From an uncultured delta proteobacterium (GTDB lineage Bacteria > Desulfobacterota > Desulfobacteria > Desulfobacterales > JAFDCJ01), in assembly GCA_963769935.1 (NCBI GenBank), contig CAVYNY010000013.1:585822-649821 (forward strand): 64,000 nt of DNA. Reading direction: 5' to 3'. Of this stretch, positions 61,770-64,000 are shown piece after piece. Position 1 is the first letter of the stretch; each line of letters begins with the position of its first letter. Both the position numbers and the translations under genes were made by a program. The notes below the pieces were generated by a model. It was not told the DNA's origin, did not search any database, and was given only the letters and a program-made list of their open reading frames with translations.

Positions 61770-62030
61770 CTAGTGGCATTTCATCGATTTTCCGCCGGAA
61801 GCCCTATCCAGTCTGGCCAAATAGCGCCCCCATATTCCCTTCTTTTTTGCCGGCGCCGAGCAGAGATATTTTTGCGGATTTTTCACAAAGGAATTCCGGC
61901 AGCCTTCAGCACAAAAATAGTAGGTGTCCCCGTCAATTTCCGCAGTGATGTCGGTTGTGCTCGGTACCACATCCATCCCGCAAACCGGATCGGTGACGGC
62001 TTTAACAGTATTTTTTGCGAATAAGTTCAT
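61770..62030 (-). CDS. YHS-domain protein
   Basis: TDPVCGMDV...YYFCAEGC..F..NPQKY; C-terminal CH; AGGAGG RBS. Confidence 0.9.
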   Translation of the reverse strand: MNLFAKNTVKAVTDPVCGMDVVPSTTDITAEIDGDTYYFCAEGCRNSFVKNPQKYLCSAPAKKKGIWGRYLARLDRASGGKSMKCH

Positions 62031-62073
62031 TTTATTCCTCCTATCGTTTTTTCGTACGGCAGTCTTTATTAAA

Positions 62074-62089
62074 AGCAAATACTATGCCA
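62074..62089 (-). promoter_or_regulatory. sigma54 promoter (YHS operon)
   Basis: Minus strand TGGCATAGTATTTGCT. Confidence 0.8.
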
Positions 62090-62184
62090 CATTGTGACTA
62101 TATAAGATATACAGCCAATTTTATTGGAAATTTCATATTTATTTGATTTTTTCAATCTCTCCAATCATAAAATTCAGCGGTCAG

Positions 62185-62211
62185 GTGCAAAAAATTTTCG
62201 CACTTTTTTCA
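62185..62211. promoter_or_regulatory. putative enhancer (UAS) copy 1
   Basis: GTGCAAAAAATTTTCGCACTTTTTTCA, about 100 nt upstream of the sigma54 site; near-copy at 63121. Confidence 0.6.
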
Positions 62212-62431
62212 GCTAAATCGACAATGAGCAGGGATTTTTTGCCCCTCATTGGATTTTATCCCTGTCGAGCAGCTATTCTAAGAGAAATGATTTTTTCAGC
62301 CAGAAGGATACCGTTAAACCGAAAGCAAGAAACGCAGCCGCGAGAAACAGATAGCGAAAATCCGAGAACGAACCATTGGTGATGATACTATTTGGGGATT
62401 CAGCGCATGGTTTTCGCACCGGCTGCCATCT

Positions 62432-62917
62432 TTATCCGTATTTGCGCCCTGCCGAAATCCGCGATGGATGAATCCCTTCCCTCGGATTTACAATACGGGT
62501 GATAACCGGTGTGAGTTTACGGATGGCTGTCTTTCGCCCTGAAATCAACCTTGCGATGATAAACCCCAAAATCAGTCCGGCAAAACCGAATATAATTGCC
62601 GCACCGCTATCGCCGATCCCCAGCTGTTTGTGCAATCCGGCACCGCCGACAGCCCCGAGCAGAAAACATACTGTGGGCAGAATGTAAAGGAGTGCGGCGC
62701 TTTTGAGGACTGTCTTCGAACTTAGGCTGATCTCTACCGTATCACCCACGCCGGCGCCGGCCTGGTTTAAAACCCGGGTCTCCACCCTGGAGCAGTCCGC
62801 CAGGGAATGGCAAAACTGCGCTGATTCGCAATTGCTGCAGGCATCCCCTTTTTCGGTGACCACCATGGCCCAGCCGTCTTTGCTGATACTGGTGACCTGA
62901 CCCTTTTTTTGTGACAT
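62432..62917 (-). CDS. rseC: RseC/MucC family protein
   Basis: ACSNC...C...C; GA.VGD.V...SAALLYILP; two TMs. Confidence 0.88.
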   Translation of the reverse strand: MSQKKGQVTSISKDGWAMVVTEKGDACSNCESAQFCHSLADCSRVETRVLNQAGAGVGDTVEISLSSKTVLKSAALLYILPTVCFLLGAVGGAGLHKQLGIGDSGAAIIFGFAGLILGFIIARLISGRKTAIRKLTPVITRIVNPREGIHPSRISAGRKYG

Positions 62918-62978
62918 TTTGCTTTTCCTTAGTTAAATTTAAAATAGTAATTTTAAAATAATCACTACTGATTGAAAT

Positions 62979-62994
62979 TGCCATTTTTGTGCCA
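62979..62994 (-). promoter_or_regulatory. sigma54 promoter (rseC-like gene)
   Basis: Minus strand TGGCACAAAAATGGCA (GG-N10-GC). Confidence 0.65.
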
Positions 62995-63120
62995 ATAATT
63001 ACCTATTGAGGCTATCCATTGAAAGCATTCAGCTTTATATTACCGCTGCTTTACTTCCTTAAATTCATATTCTCATTACAACCGGAATTCGGGTAATTGC
63101 TACCCAGGTATCCAGCCTGG

Positions 63121-63147
63121 GTGCTTAAAAATTGCGCACTTTTTTCA
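63121..63147. promoter_or_regulatory. putative enhancer (UAS) copy 2
   Basis: GTGCTTAAAAATTGCGCACTTTTTTCA, between two divergent sigma54 promoters. Confidence 0.6.
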
Positions 63148-63255
63148 ACGAAACGGAGAAGTATGGTGATTATCTACTCCGACGACCAGGCAAATCCTGA
63201 AATATTCCCTTTAATATCAGGCCAATAAATTTACTTTTGAAAGTTGAGAGAGCTT

Positions 63256-63271
63256 TGGCACAGCATTTGCT
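63256..63271 (+). promoter_or_regulatory. sigma54 promoter (zraP-like gene)
   Basis: TGGCACAGCATTTGCT. Confidence 0.82.
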
Positions 63272-63362
63272 CAAGCATCAGAGCAAGAATGACTAAATCC
63301 GAAATTCAGATCGGGTGAGATAAAAAGGGAACGGTTTGAAGCCCAAAAAAGGAGAAACTACC

Positions 63363-63862
63363 ATGAGTAAGAAGTTAATCACCGTTATTACAGCAATCGC
63401 TTTGGTTGGATTTGGAACCTTCGCATTTGCCCATTGGAACGGGGGATACGGATATCAGGGATGGATGCACGGCGGCTAGGAATGAATCAGGGATATTATG
63501 GGATGCATCAAGGATATTATGGCGATCAGGGGTATGGCTATCAGGGTAATTTAAATGAGGACCAAATCAAAGCACTGGAAAATGAACAGGACGCTTTCTT
63601 GAAAGCAACGGAAACAATTCGACAGGATCTTTATTCAAAACAACTCGCCCTTGAGAGTGAACTTGCCCAAAACGATCCGGACACCGCCAAGGCGACCGCC
63701 CTGCAGAACGAAATCTCCAAACTGGAGGGTCAGCTGGATCAAATACGCATCGATCACATGATCAAAATCAGAAAGATAGATCCCGACGCCGGCCGCGGAT
63801 TTGCCGCAACGGGTCCCATGATGGGCTACGGCGGCCAATATCCGGGATCCTGCTGGCAGTAA
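63363..63862 (+). pseudogene. zraP: ZraP-like periplasmic protein, frameshift near 63476
   Basis: AGGAG RBS plus signal peptide MSKKLITVITAIALVGFGTFAFA; that frame stops at TAG 63477-63479, while the ZraP core (LNEDQ...FLKATETIRQDLYSK...PDTAKATALQNEI) is in another frame. Confidence 0.8.
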
Positions 63863-63901
63863 TCCGGTTTGAAACCGCTTCGCTGCCGCCTTCCTCCTCC
63901 A

Positions 63902-63940
63902 AAATGGGGTGGTTCGCCGAACCACCCCATTTATTTTCTT
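63902..63940 (+). terminator. intrinsic terminator
   Basis: AAATGGGGTGGTTC-GCC-GAACCACCCCATTT, perfect 14-bp stem followed by a T-rich tail. Confidence 0.85.
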
Positions 63941-64000
63941 TATTGTCGTTTTAATCACCCTGGATAATTTTTTCTCACCCCAAACGAGTGCGGGCCTTGG

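Overview
64-kb bacterial chromosomal window, most likely from a Desulfobacterota (Desulfobacterales-like) anaerobe; this is inferred from gene content and intergenic repeat style. The left third (1-21 kb) is an accessory mosaic: a CLC channel running off the edge, a MazEF-type TA pair, small plus-strand genes several of which end in attC-like remnants, a YeiH exporter, a TMEM175 K+ channel, a DapF-fold enzyme with both catalytic Cys replaced by Ser, a complete endonuclease-less group II intron inserted in a palindrome, an SBBP/PKD surface protein, MFS and LysE exporters, and gene fragments. The middle (21-45 kb) has OYE, ALDH, an inositol-P synthase/TIM-barrel pair, a Fet-like ABC/DUF2318/TlpA cluster, an HcpR-like regulator, a large O2/ROS-defence cluster (rbr, dfx, ftn, flavodoxin, rubredoxin, FprA, ferredoxins) and copZA. 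The right part (45-64 kb) has an ECF sigma/ZAS anti-sigma pair, dtxR-feoAB, ZraSR-like two-component genes, a Rieske/split cytochrome b/multiheme cytochrome c operon, and a sigma54-driven metal/envelope cluster. The most notable findings are two UGA-recoded selenoprotein candidates that the ORF track misses or truncates. One is a 52-aa membrane peptide (45959-46117) whose SECIS hairpin overlaps the translation-initiation region of the ECF sigma factor. The other is a CYCxC/PCYCGC-family protein with a UxxC motif (60051-60548). Four otherwise intact genes carry single-base frameshifts, which may be sequencing errors. No rRNA, tRNA, CRISPR array or integrase was seen.
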